A stretch of DNA of 31,090 nucleotides, from UHGV virus genome UHGV-0173755; one strand, 5' to 3'. Origin of the DNA: a virus. Below the pieces are notes generated by a model. The model did not search any database. It had not been told where the DNA came from and saw only the letters and a program-made list of their open reading frames with translations. The position numbers and the translations under genes are program-made. Shown one piece after another: positions 11,056 through 19,714 of the stretch (position 1 is its first letter; the number at the start of each line of letters is the position of its first letter).

Positions 11056-11480
11056 CAGATAAACCCCTTCTGTTTTCGTGAGAAGACCGGCGCGTCAGAC
11101 TGCACCTGCACAAGGTTTTCACCATCCGGCGAGGCTGCCGTCCTGCTTTCCACGCCGGGATCTGTTTTGCCATCGCGCACCTGTTCCAGCCAGCGCACTG
11201 TGTCCCTGTAGGCAGCGGTGATCTGCTCGGTGGGTTGTGATTCATTCAGATAAAACCAGGCCACCACGCAACACTGCCGTTTCAGCAGTGAGGGGACGAC
11301 GGTAAGCGGCAGAACAAAGCGCGCGGCGAGATAGCCATCAATAAAGGCCGAGGCATCTGCCAGTGCCTGTTCTGCCACGGCATCATCCGGCTGCCCGTCC
11401 GCTGTTTTAGGGCGGGTGAGAATATCCAGCCGCGTACGTGTATAGCGGGCGCACAGGTCATTTACCGTCGCGTAATTCAT
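11055..11480 (-). CDS. Head completion protein (Mu gp36/J-like)
   Basis: 141 aa ORF; ATGA overlap with upstream gene; synteny. Confidence 0.6.
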   Translation of the reverse strand: MNYATVNDLCARYTRTRLDILTRPKTADGQPDDAVAEQALADASAFIDGYLAARFVLPLTVVPSLLKRQCCVVAWFYLNESQPTEQITAAYRDTVRWLEQVRDGKTDPGVESRTAASPDGENLVQVQSDAPVFSRKQKGFI

Positions 11481-11887
11481 GCATCCGCCTCAGCCAGCGC
11501 CGCTTTGATTTGCGCACTGCTCACCGGTTCCCCCAGCGCCGCACTGACGGCTTTCACTTTGGGTTCTCCCCCTGCGGTAAAGTGCTCCGGGTTTGCCTTA
11601 TCCAGACCGGCAACGGTCGCACGGATACGGGTATTCAGATCGCCCACACCCAGAACGTCCAGCCCCCCAGCCTCAGCGAGCGTTTCTGCTGACGATGCAG
11701 ATACCACAGACAGCACGCTGTCGGCACGAATGATCGCCAGTTGTTCTTCGGTGACTTCCACGGTGTTTTCACCACGTGTAAAGGCGATTCCGGCGCGGCG
11801 GTAGACCGGACGAAGGCATTTAATAATCGCCGTGCAAGTGATGCGAGAAGTGTCCAGCCGTTGTGAATTAAGCGAAGTGCCTGACAT
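11477..11887 (-). CDS. Head-associated protein (Mu gp35-like)
   Basis: 136 aa ORF, ATG 11885-11887 preceded by strong SD AGGAGGAG. Confidence 0.6.
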   Translation of the reverse strand: MSGTSLNSQRLDTSRITCTAIIKCLRPVYRRAGIAFTRGENTVEVTEEQLAIIRADSVLSVVSASSAETLAEAGGLDVLGVGDLNTRIRATVAGLDKANPEHFTAGGEPKVKAVSAALGEPVSSAQIKAALAEADA

Positions 11888-11921
11888 AACACATGCTCCT
11901 CCTTTTCCTTTAAATCAGGTT

Positions 11922-11945
11922 AAAAGGCGGCCTGAACCGCCTTTT
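11922..11945 (-). terminator. Stem-loop (AAAAGGCGG-N6-CCGCCTTTT) just downstream of major head gene; candidate attenuator/stabiliser
   Basis: Perfect 9-bp stem with 6-nt loop read directly, followed by T-rich run on minus strand. Confidence 0.45.
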
Positions 11946-11953
11946 AACGACGG

Positions 11954-12871
11954 TTACAGGTAGTCAGCGACAACCAGTTGCAGCTTGCCCTTCATCTCGT
12001 TGGAGACGGTGGTATTGCCATCCGCGAACAGTTCACGGTTAAGCAGTTGCTCTGCGGCTTTTTCCAGTCCGACCGGTACAACGATATGCGTCGGCTTCAG
12101 GCCCAGCTTCTTACCGCCATCACCTTCAAAAGAGCGCATCAGTTGCCAGCCCTTCCAGAGGTTATCCAGCGTCAGATCGCCTTTTATCGCGACAGCCATC
12201 TGCCAGAAGCCGTAACCGGCAGCACGGCGGGCGCTGGCACCAAACAGGAACTCGTTATCCATAAAAACGTGGTCGTCATCGATACGGGTACGTGCGACCA
12301 GCTCCGGTTTGCGGCGCTCCTGGAAAATCAGCGGTTTGACTGCGCGGGAGCAGTCCAGCAGATAGAACGGCAGACCGCTGAAGCTGTCCTGCTCAACGAT
12401 GTTGGAGGTATTAACCGCGCTGCCCGTGCCGTCCACATTCGGATATACCGGATGCTCCTTGTCGAAGAAGTTCTGACCGTCATAGCACGGCTGGGTAAAG
12501 CCATCTTTCAGAAGTTTAAAAATCAGCTCATCCGGCTGAACTGCCGCAGAACGGCCCATCTCCTGAAAAATCGGCGCATAAATACCCAGATTGTCATCCT
12601 CGAAGTCATCACGGGAAATACCCACGGTGCCTTCAAACGTTTTATTGGCGATGGAGTAGCCATGCGCTTCCATTTGCTGAATGGTGCGCTTACCCACCCA
12701 TTCTTTCAGGGTCGGGAATTTACCCAGCCAGCCATAGGTATTACTGCGGGTGGAAGAGTTCACCACCATTGCAATTTTGTTGTACTGCGACGGGGCGTCT
12801 TCAAGACCGCCCTGAAAATCCTTACGCCAGGAGGTCATCAGGGCTTTAATGGATGCCGGGGTGACAATCAT
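11954..12871 (-). CDS. T: Major head (capsid) protein
   Basis: 305 aa ORF, ATG 12869-12871 overlapping stop of I/Z (ATGA); position after protease/scaffold gene. Confidence 0.85.
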   Translation of the reverse strand: MIVTPASIKALMTSWRKDFQGGLEDAPSQYNKIAMVVNSSTRSNTYGWLGKFPTLKEWVGKRTIQQMEAHGYSIANKTFEGTVGISRDDFEDDNLGIYAPIFQEMGRSAAVQPDELIFKLLKDGFTQPCYDGQNFFDKEHPVYPNVDGTGSAVNTSNIVEQDSFSGLPFYLLDCSRAVKPLIFQERRKPELVARTRIDDDHVFMDNEFLFGASARRAAGYGFWQMAVAIKGDLTLDNLWKGWQLMRSFEGDGGKKLGLKPTHIVVPVGLEKAAEQLLNRELFADGNTTVSNEMKGKLQLVVADYL

Positions 12872-13419
12872 TTTTCTTGTTCCTGTTTCATTTTCAGATA
12901 CTCAGCCTCTGTAATGCCGAGCGCCTTCACTGCTGCCTGTTCATCAGCAGACAGCACCGCCACCGCCGTTTTTTCCTGCGACGGGATTTTCGCTGTGGTG
13001 GTCTGCATGGCAGATAACGCAGCGATGGGCTGTTTTTTCTCAAGCTGTGCCGACAGTGCCGCCACGCCAATCTGACCGCCAAGCTGTTCCAGGTAAGAGC
13101 GTTCGCTTTTGAAAATGCGGCCTTCCTGTTCCGCCTTGTCCAGAACGGCGCTCAGGCTGGCTGTGGCGCTTTGTGCAGTTGCCTGTGCCAGTTCATCACG
13201 CAGGGCGTTGTAGCTTTCCACCGGGACGTATTTCGTCAGGTCAACGGCGGCTTTCTGTGCCTTTTCCAGTTCGGCGGATAACGACGCCACTTTTCCGGCA
13301 TCTGTTTCGAGCGCATCAAGCGCACTCAGGGCCGCGCTGGCCTGTTCATCGGTGACGTCTGCATTTTCGGGGACCGTCACCCCAAGACGCGCAAGCAGCT
13401 TGCGCAGCGTTTCATTCAT
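12868..13419 (-). CDS. Z: Scaffold protein Z, in-frame internal start within I (nested gene)
   Basis: Internal ATG at 13417-13419 (MNETLRKLL...) preceded by AGGAG SD 9 nt upstream; Mu I/Z nesting is established. Confidence 0.55.
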   Translation of the reverse strand: MNETLRKLLARLGVTVPENADVTDEQASAALSALDALETDAGKVASLSAELEKAQKAAVDLTKYVPVESYNALRDELAQATAQSATASLSAVLDKAEQEGRIFKSERSYLEQLGGQIGVAALSAQLEKKQPIAALSAMQTTTAKIPSQEKTAVAVLSADEQAAVKALGITEAEYLKMKQEQEK

Positions 13420-13953
13420 GGGTTTGTTCTCCTGTTGAAGAATGTCGGGAAGGTCTGCCGCCAGTGCGGTCAGCTTTTTCATGCCGGTGGCACCGGGGTC
13501 ATTGGTCAGCGCAGCAAGGCGGATTTGCAGCACCGCACCGGTGGCGGTGTCATACGGAAAAACCGCAGAGAGATAACCAAATTCGCCGTCATCGATGCGC
13601 TGCTGGGCCGCCGCCGTCCAGCGTGGGTGGATAAATAACCCTTCACCTTCACGCCACTGCATTTCATCGGCGTTAAACCAGCCAGCCGCGACGAGTTGTT
13701 CCGGGGGTAATCCTTTGTCCTTACGTAGCTGGTTATGCTCGTAATCAATCAGCACGTCCTGGTTGAGCGCGCGAACGCCTTCAACCAGACGCCCGGCAAT
13801 CTCACCGTCGATGAACCACCCCTGACCGCCTGTCACATCAAACGGACGACCATCACGGGCACTGAAATGACCGGCAGGCAATAGCTGGCACCAGCCGTCA
13901 TCGTCAATGGACAGCGCATTCAGTGCGGCAATGCCAATCGCGTGTTTTTTCAT
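12868..13953 (-). CDS. I: Prohead protease / scaffold protein
   Basis: 361 aa ORF, ATG 13951-13953; Mu synteny. Confidence 0.85.
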   Translation of the reverse strand: MKKHAIGIAALNALSIDDDGWCQLLPAGHFSARDGRPFDVTGGQGWFIDGEIAGRLVEGVRALNQDVLIDYEHNQLRKDKGLPPEQLVAAGWFNADEMQWREGEGLFIHPRWTAAAQQRIDDGEFGYLSAVFPYDTATGAVLQIRLAALTNDPGATGMKKLTALAADLPDILQQENKPMNETLRKLLARLGVTVPENADVTDEQASAALSALDALETDAGKVASLSAELEKAQKAAVDLTKYVPVESYNALRDELAQATAQSATASLSAVLDKAEQEGRIFKSERSYLEQLGGQIGVAALSAQLEKKQPIAALSAMQTTTAKIPSQEKTAVAVLSADEQAAVKALGITEAEYLKMKQEQEK

Positions 13954-14030
13954 GTCCTGCTGCTCATCATGGTTTGTGAGCAGTCAGTTTGCGGGAGGTG
14001 CGGGAAAATCTGGGGTTATGCTATTTGAGT
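13954..14030 (-). promoter_or_regulatory. Candidate C-dependent late promoter P_I
   Basis: Upstream of I; contains CCCGCACCT (minus strand, plus 13996-14004), also found upstream of lys. Confidence 0.45.
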
Positions 14031-14149
14031 ACTGGAGAAAGAAAGTGGAATGAAGATAAAACGGGATTCATACACCGTTAAATACCGGTTTAAAAATCCC
14101 GTGGCGCGTTTTAAAAAATCTGTGCGACTGATTTCATGTCTGATTCCGT
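13954..14149. other. G-I intergenic region: expected location of the Mu strong gyrase site (SGS)
   Basis: 196-bp non-coding gap, unusually large for this genome; from memory the SGS sits near the genome centre (~18.1 kb) between G and I, and the coordinate mapping from A start is consistent. Confidence 0.5.
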
Positions 14150-14620
14150 TTATTGCCTCAGAGCGGCGCTGACGCGTTTTCTGATGGCATCAAAAATTTC
14201 CTGTTTCCCGGTCTTATCCAGCCCCATATAAGGACGCGCAGGAACGCCTGCCGGGCGGGGTGCCATATCGGGTGTACCGCCCCACTGATGGATGGCAGCA
14301 TAAATTTTTGGCGAACCAATCAGGGCATAATCCTGTCCATAATCGGTGGTAATGCTGCGTGCCAGATCGCCATGCAGGGTAAGGATACTGCCCGGAACAA
14401 AACCATGATCCTGACGCCATGCCTGCCACGAATCGCTCCACGCTTCCCAGCCTTTCCCTGTATCCGGGTCTGCCTGCCGTTCAAATGCCTGTTCCGTGGA
14501 TGACAGCAGCGCCGCAGCCATCACACGGGGAATGGCGCGGTCACGTGTAACGGTTCCCAGTTCATCCAGTGCAAGCTGAATACGTCGCACATCCACGGCA
14601 ACGTTCATATCAAGACTCAC
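14150..14620 (-). CDS. G: Virion morphogenesis protein (Mu gp31-like)
   Basis: 156 aa ORF; GTG start at 14618-14620 preceded by GGAGG SD; synteny. Confidence 0.7.
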   Translation of the reverse strand: MSLDMNVAVDVRRIQLALDELGTVTRDRAIPRVMAAALLSSTEQAFERQADPDTGKGWEAWSDSWQAWRQDHGFVPGSILTLHGDLARSITTDYGQDYALIGSPKIYAAIHQWGGTPDMAPRPAGVPARPYMGLDKTGKQEIFDAIRKRVSAALRQ

Positions 14621-15936
14621 TTATTCACCTCCACATGCCCCTCCAGTACGTCAATCATCCCGTCAGCAATCGCGGTTTCAAGCGACTGTGCAGATACGCG
14701 GCTGATACTGACCAGCACATCCGCACGGTCATTCTGCCTGCCGACTGTCTGTGATGTTCTGACCACAATCCGGGCCATGCCGTCACGGGTTGCCACAACA
14801 TACAGCAACTGGTGTTTCTCCCTGTCCCACAATACTGCCTGTGGTTCTGCCATCAGCGACGGCAGATGCTGTAAATCCTCCGGTTTCAGGGCGACATCAG
14901 CAGTGGTCGCCAGACTTTTCCCGTTCACCACAAGCAGACGGGCTGGCATATTCCCGGTGCGCTGATGTACGGCTTCAGCTACCGATTCCGTCATAAAACC
15001 CAGTGCCCGGATTTCATGACCGGTCTGACGTGATCCTGCCAGGCGTTTAAGCCAGAGGGAAAAAGCAAGCTGACGCTCCCGGCTGTTATTCAGCGTCTGA
15101 ACAACCTGCTCACGCAACTGCGCGTCGTGAATTTCCACCAGTTTTCGTATCAGTGCCTGATCCGTACCAAATGCCGCCGAACCGGGGTTATATGACCAGC
15201 CCACATCCGGCGTCATTTTTACCCGACCGTTGTCAAACGTGGTTGACGATGTGCGGAAAATCTCGCCGGTGCTTTCATCCGTACCGGCATCCACTTCGCG
15301 GGTATTCATGAATGACGCACCATAACTGATCTGTAACCCCAGCTCTTTCATGCGGGCCGCAGACAGCGCCCGGACGCGACAGCGGCAGTTCCAGCCATTG
15401 GGCGGGTAATGCGTCTGCCAGAAAATGTCGTCATACCTGAAAACCATATTGTGCAGCCGCGCATGTTCCGGGCGTGTTCTGCCATCCATAACGGCAACGT
15501 ACTGCCAGTACGGGTACAAATCGGCGGTATTCATCATCTGCGCATAACGTCCTGCCCCATACGCCGTACGGGTATTGACGTTATAAATGGTTGCCAGACG
15601 ACGCGGACTGCCCAGCTCGATTACCTTTGCGTTTCCGTCTGCATCCACGATGATTTGTTTTCCCCACCATCCGAGTTTTTGCAGCCGGGGGGCCAGTGTG
15701 CGGGTAAATTCCTCACGGGTGATGCCTTCACTGACAGCCCGCTCCACTTCCTCACGGATTGTGGTCAGTACATCCATCCGGGTGGCTTTGGCAACGGTAA
15801 AGGCGCGGGCGTGCGCGTCTGCCAGTTGTTCGTACCAGTTCCAGGTGATGTTGTAGCCTTTGGCGTGGAAATACGCGACAGCCTCCTTTGGCGGGAGGCG
15901 TGCGGCATACGCCAGATCAATGGTCTGCTGCGGCAT
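14617..15936 (-). CDS. F: Head morphogenesis protein (Mu F / SPP1 gp7-like)
   Basis: ORF track 451 aa from GTG at 15972; ATG at 15934-15936 with GGGGG SD is the more likely start; synteny after portal. Confidence 0.8.
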   Translation of the reverse strand: MPQQTIDLAYAARLPPKEAVAYFHAKGYNITWNWYEQLADAHARAFTVAKATRMDVLTTIREEVERAVSEGITREEFTRTLAPRLQKLGWWGKQIIVDADGNAKVIELGSPRRLATIYNVNTRTAYGAGRYAQMMNTADLYPYWQYVAVMDGRTRPEHARLHNMVFRYDDIFWQTHYPPNGWNCRCRVRALSAARMKELGLQISYGASFMNTREVDAGTDESTGEIFRTSSTTFDNGRVKMTPDVGWSYNPGSAAFGTDQALIRKLVEIHDAQLREQVVQTLNNSRERQLAFSLWLKRLAGSRQTGHEIRALGFMTESVAEAVHQRTGNMPARLLVVNGKSLATTADVALKPEDLQHLPSLMAEPQAVLWDREKHQLLYVVATRDGMARIVVRTSQTVGRQNDRADVLVSISRVSAQSLETAIADGMIDVLEGHVEVNK

Positions 15937-17455
15937 CCAGACGCCCCCATATATCGGCAACAAAAATGGCACGGGTCAGCATGTCGATAAGTTCTGCATC
16001 ATCCATCTGCGGATATAATGAAGCGGCTTTGTTCATGGCGGCTTCCGGCCCATCTTTCAGCACAGAAAAAATGACGGGTTTCAGCAGGGGATCAACCGAA
16101 CGCTGCCAGTCTTCCGGTGAGAGGCCCATCCGGTCGATATCATCCTCCTGCGGGATATCTTCAGCGGATAATGCGGCCTCTTTCTGCGGACCGTTATCCA
16201 TGACGACCGGTTGAGCAGTAAACACGGCTTCATCACCGACCGGCTGTGGAATATGGAGTTTTTCCTGTATCCAGGAGACCGGAATACGCATTCCCGCCGC
16301 CAGTTTCGGAATGGCGTCAGACAGTGCCGTAATATCACCCGCTTCACTGGTATCAAACACAATGCCCGGCAGGCGGTTAATATCAATGGTGCTGTCACTG
16401 TTCAGTGCCAGCAGGGGATAAATCAGGTCACGGTTAATACTGCGGGCAAGCTGGCCCACATCCGCGTTACGGATTTCCCGGCGAACCTCATCATGCACTT
16501 CACCCAGCGACCGTGCACCTTTATCGCCAGCCTCTGTGGTCAGGGTGCCGCCCAGAATGGCTTTTGAAATCGCTTTTTCTGCCCAGCCAATCATCGCCAT
16601 AAAGGGGTCTGACTGACCATCTGCGGCGCTCTGAAAATCCAGCGTCATCCCCATCGGAATAATGCCACCGGCACGTCGCCCGATATCCATCACGGCCTGC
16701 ATCAGCGTGGCTTTCTCACGGTTCGTGGAGCCGGTCGGATATTTACCGACGCGCATGGGAAGTCCGTAAATTTCCAGAAACTCTGCAAAATCACGCACGG
16801 AATAGTTTTTAAAAATAAAAGGCCAGATAAGCGTGCGCACAAGGCCATTGGTGCCAACGTACCCGGTGCGGGATTTGGCCCGGTGCATAAACCAGCCGAA
16901 CGGTTGCAGCTCCAGCCCGTGATAAGACGTATCACGCAGACGTAATTCGTTCAGATTATCGGGGTTCGCGCAGAACAGCGCCGGATCGCGATGATGCAGC
17001 GCCACCGGCACGCGCATTTTGCCCAGCCAGCCCCATTCAATCTCCTGCATGGAATAACCCTTGAGAATGGCATCACCGGCATCAAACAGGGCATCTTCAA
17101 ACCACGCCGCATCATGCAGATATTCATTCAGCATGTCGGCGTCTTTTTTCTCCTGTGCGCTGGCATCACGTGCCGGAGCGATGCGCCATTCCAGCGCCTG
17201 AATGGCAAGGCGGCGCTTGCTCAGTTCGGAAAAAAGGTGGGTGTCCTTTTCTTCCATATCAAAGGCCAGGTCAGCCTGTGCGGTCAGATCACCGCGTTCG
17301 GCATCACGCAGCATCTGCGCGGCCCGGTTCGGCGTCACACCACTGGAAGGATGCTCCTGCGTACGCTTCATGACCATTGCCAGCTCATCGCTGCGGGTCT
17401 GCATTTCATCGTCAAAATCAAACGGCTGCCCGGAAATATCCAGAATACGGCCCAT
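15917..17455 (-). CDS. H: Portal protein
   Basis: 512 aa ORF, ATG 17453-17455 overlapping terminase stop; size/position. Confidence 0.85.
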   Translation of the reverse strand: MGRILDISGQPFDFDDEMQTRSDELAMVMKRTQEHPSSGVTPNRAAQMLRDAERGDLTAQADLAFDMEEKDTHLFSELSKRRLAIQALEWRIAPARDASAQEKKDADMLNEYLHDAAWFEDALFDAGDAILKGYSMQEIEWGWLGKMRVPVALHHRDPALFCANPDNLNELRLRDTSYHGLELQPFGWFMHRAKSRTGYVGTNGLVRTLIWPFIFKNYSVRDFAEFLEIYGLPMRVGKYPTGSTNREKATLMQAVMDIGRRAGGIIPMGMTLDFQSAADGQSDPFMAMIGWAEKAISKAILGGTLTTEAGDKGARSLGEVHDEVRREIRNADVGQLARSINRDLIYPLLALNSDSTIDINRLPGIVFDTSEAGDITALSDAIPKLAAGMRIPVSWIQEKLHIPQPVGDEAVFTAQPVVMDNGPQKEAALSAEDIPQEDDIDRMGLSPEDWQRSVDPLLKPVIFSVLKDGPEAAMNKAASLYPQMDDAELIDMLTRAIFVADIWGRLDAAADH

Positions 17456-19110
17456 TACCAGCCCCCTCGTTCAAACTGGTGATAATCATCAAAATCATCG
17501 TTATCAACATCATCACCACGGTGGCGTGGTGGCAGCGCCTGTATGCTGTCCTCGTCGATAACAAAACCATTCATATAAGACGCCCTGACAGCCATACAGA
17601 GCGCCACGGCAAAGTCGCCATGTCGTCGGCCTTTACCACCTTCATCTTTTGTGCGCCCCTTATCAATCTGCGGAATACCTTTGTCCACCTTGATGTGGAG
17701 CAGGTCATCAAGAGTGGTCTGGTGCCGGGCAATCGTGATGTTCTGCGCTTCAAACTCGCCTTTCAGTTTTGGCATCCACTCCTGATACCAGGATGCGGTC
17801 AGATTCACACAGTCGATCATCTCCGGGCCATAAATCAGACGGGCGGCTTCTGCCAGATAACCGCCGTTACCGGTGGCATCAAATGCAGCGCCGGTAAAAC
17901 GGGGCAAACGGGACAGAATGAATAAAAGGATTTGTCGCTGCTGGTCATAGGTCACATTACGCAGCTCCACGCGGAAACATTCGCGTTTGCGTAAGTCAGG
18001 AGTGATGGCAAGCGGCACAAACACCGTCAGGTCGCCACGGCGTGCAAAGTCTTCGCCCAGTACGTGTTTATTGAGCGGCGACAGCGCATCGAGCAACGGG
18101 AGCAGCTCCTGTTCACACCAGTCCTGAACGATGCCGTGGCGCATTTGTGGTGTCAGCGATTCAAAATCGTCCGGGGCTTCAAAACGCAGAATCGGGATAT
18201 CCCGCGCTGGCGTCATGGCGGCTTCAATCAGCACGCGTGACAGATAAGCGCCCCCGGATTTTTTAGGAATGCAGCCGTATTCCTCGTCGGCACTCTCTTT
18301 ATTCGGCGCATTCCGGTACAGGCCATCACGCCAGGCTTTTTCCGCTTCCGGCGACCACGGCTGATTCGTGACGTAACAGATACGTCGGTACAACCCGTCA
18401 GCGATGGCATCATCCAGCGTGATACGGTGAACGCTGTAATCCTTGCGCCCCTCGCGCGCATCCTGAATGTACTGGTTAAACAGGTTATCGACGCCGTTAT
18501 GTGTCGATATGATCCGCACGCGGGCACCCCACATGGTGAGCGCAAAGGCCGCTTTCAGGAGTTCGTCCAGGGCTTCATGAAATGCCGCCTCATCAATCAC
18601 CACGTCCCCCTGCAAACCACGCAGGTTAGACGGACGGCTTGACAGCGCCTGCACCTTAAATCCGCTGTTAGGGAAACGGATCATATAAGTGAGGATTTCT
18701 TCTTTTTTGTCGCTGTCCCAGAAGGTCTGCTCCCAGACGTCAGCCTTTGCCAGTTGGTTAAAGGCACGGGCAAACAGGGCACAGGCGGCGATGTATTCCA
18801 GCGCCATTTCCTGACGGGAACCCACATAAAAGACGTTGCGACCACCGCGACGCTTCGGCTTTGCGGCCGTCATGACATTGCGGCCCGCTTCGGCCCATGT
18901 CAGACCGGTACGACGGGATTTTTCAGCGATGCAAATCTGGCTTTCATCCTCAAACCAGCGCCGCTGATAGCCCAGAAAAACCGGTTCATTGCGGGGCTGT
19001 GCTTCCCCGATATCGGTCACGATATTCACGCCGAGCAGTTCGGCTTCCTCACGCAGGTTGATTTTGCGGGGCGCATGAAGGACTTTAAGTTTGCTTTCTC
19101 TGGTGCTCAC
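17455..19110 (-). CDS. Terminase large subunit (Mu gp28-like)
   Basis: 551 aa ORF; only in-frame start is GTG at 19108-19110 with no obvious SD; size and position before portal. Confidence 0.85.
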   Translation of the reverse strand: MSTRESKLKVLHAPRKINLREEAELLGVNIVTDIGEAQPRNEPVFLGYQRRWFEDESQICIAEKSRRTGLTWAEAGRNVMTAAKPKRRGGRNVFYVGSRQEMALEYIAACALFARAFNQLAKADVWEQTFWDSDKKEEILTYMIRFPNSGFKVQALSSRPSNLRGLQGDVVIDEAAFHEALDELLKAAFALTMWGARVRIISTHNGVDNLFNQYIQDAREGRKDYSVHRITLDDAIADGLYRRICYVTNQPWSPEAEKAWRDGLYRNAPNKESADEEYGCIPKKSGGAYLSRVLIEAAMTPARDIPILRFEAPDDFESLTPQMRHGIVQDWCEQELLPLLDALSPLNKHVLGEDFARRGDLTVFVPLAITPDLRKRECFRVELRNVTYDQQRQILLFILSRLPRFTGAAFDATGNGGYLAEAARLIYGPEMIDCVNLTASWYQEWMPKLKGEFEAQNITIARHQTTLDDLLHIKVDKGIPQIDKGRTKDEGGKGRRHGDFAVALCMAVRASYMNGFVIDEDSIQALPPRHRGDDVDNDDFDDYHQFERGGW

Positions 19111-19166
19111 GGGTGAAAAATCCGGTATAAATTTCCAGGCATTAATCAGTAAAAAAAGAGGTTGTT

Positions 19167-19361
19167 ATGAAAGAAAAACTGACCATTGATCAAAAAATCG
19201 AAATTGCCCGGATAGCCGTGCAAATGTTTGAATCCACCCGGGCAAAAGGCGTTTCACTTGAGATCTCCTGTTCAGGAAAAGCATCAGAGGAAGAAAACAC
19301 ATTTAATGCTTTCTACAAAATTGTTGAAAAAATCGTTATCGGTGAACCTGAGAATAACTGA
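19167..19361 (+). CDS. Small AT-rich hypothetical protein on the opposite strand (64 aa)
   Basis: ATG 19167 with AAGAGG SD 7 nt upstream; TATAAA -10-like at 19126-19131; ~39% GC by eye; 3' end overlaps convergent ORF by 26 nt. Confidence 0.4.
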   Translation: MKEKLTIDQKIEIARIAVQMFESTRAKGVSLEISCSGKASEEENTFNAFYKIVEKIVIGEPENN

Positions 19362-19533
19362 TCACCTGGCCCGCTGTAGCCGGGCCATCCACCAGTTGCA
19401 TAACCAGATACAGGGCCTCGGCCATAATTCGTGGATGGACTTCCGGATCCTCATCAATCTGTTTTTTCACAACGGGCCACAGTGCCATTGCCAGTTCTGT
19501 TGAGGTCTTGTATTTAGTTTTTTCATCCGCCAT
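19336..19533 (-). CDS. Small hypothetical protein (about 65 aa, acidic)
   Basis: ATG at 19531-19533 with GAGG SD overlapping upstream TGA stop (translational coupling); ORF track 67 aa from ATG 19539. Confidence 0.4.
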   Translation of the reverse strand: MADEKTKYKTSTELAMALWPVVKKQIDEDPEVHPRIMAEALYLVMQLVDGPATAGQVISYSQVHR

Positions 19534-19543
19534 TTTCATTTCC

Positions 19544-19714
19544 TCAGGACAAAGTCCTTAGTTGTTTTATGGTCGTATGCCATGAATTGCCTGAAGCCAT
19601 AGCCTGAACAAGCACATCCCGAATCTGGTGTATCAACCGGACATCAGACAATGTTGCAATCCTGAAGGCTTTTTTATGGGCACTGATTAGCTGTGCTTTG
19701 TAATCATTTTTCAT
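19544..19714 (-). CDS. Small hypothetical protein (56 aa, basic)
   Basis: Internal ATG at 19712-19714 preceded by AGGAG SD 7 nt upstream, 10 nt after gp27-like stop; ORF track's 121-aa version overlaps gp27 out of frame. Confidence 0.45.
   Translation of the reverse strand: MKNDYKAQLISAHKKAFRIATLSDVRLIHQIRDVLVQAMASGNSWHTTIKQLRTLS

Noticed and set aside
10366-11211. 281-aa plus-strand ORF
   Set aside because: Antisense to the head-completion genes; low-complexity translation; no SD.
11978-13075. 365-aa plus-strand ORF
   Set aside because: Fully antisense to the major head and protease/scaffold genes, which have strong coding signals; long antisense ORFs are a common artefact of codon bias. 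No SD.
19228-19503. 91-aa plus-strand ORF in the region 19111..19724
   Set aside because: Alternative frame overlapping both the SD-supported plus ORF (19167..19361) and the minus ORF (19336..19533); no SD; composition unlike a real gene.
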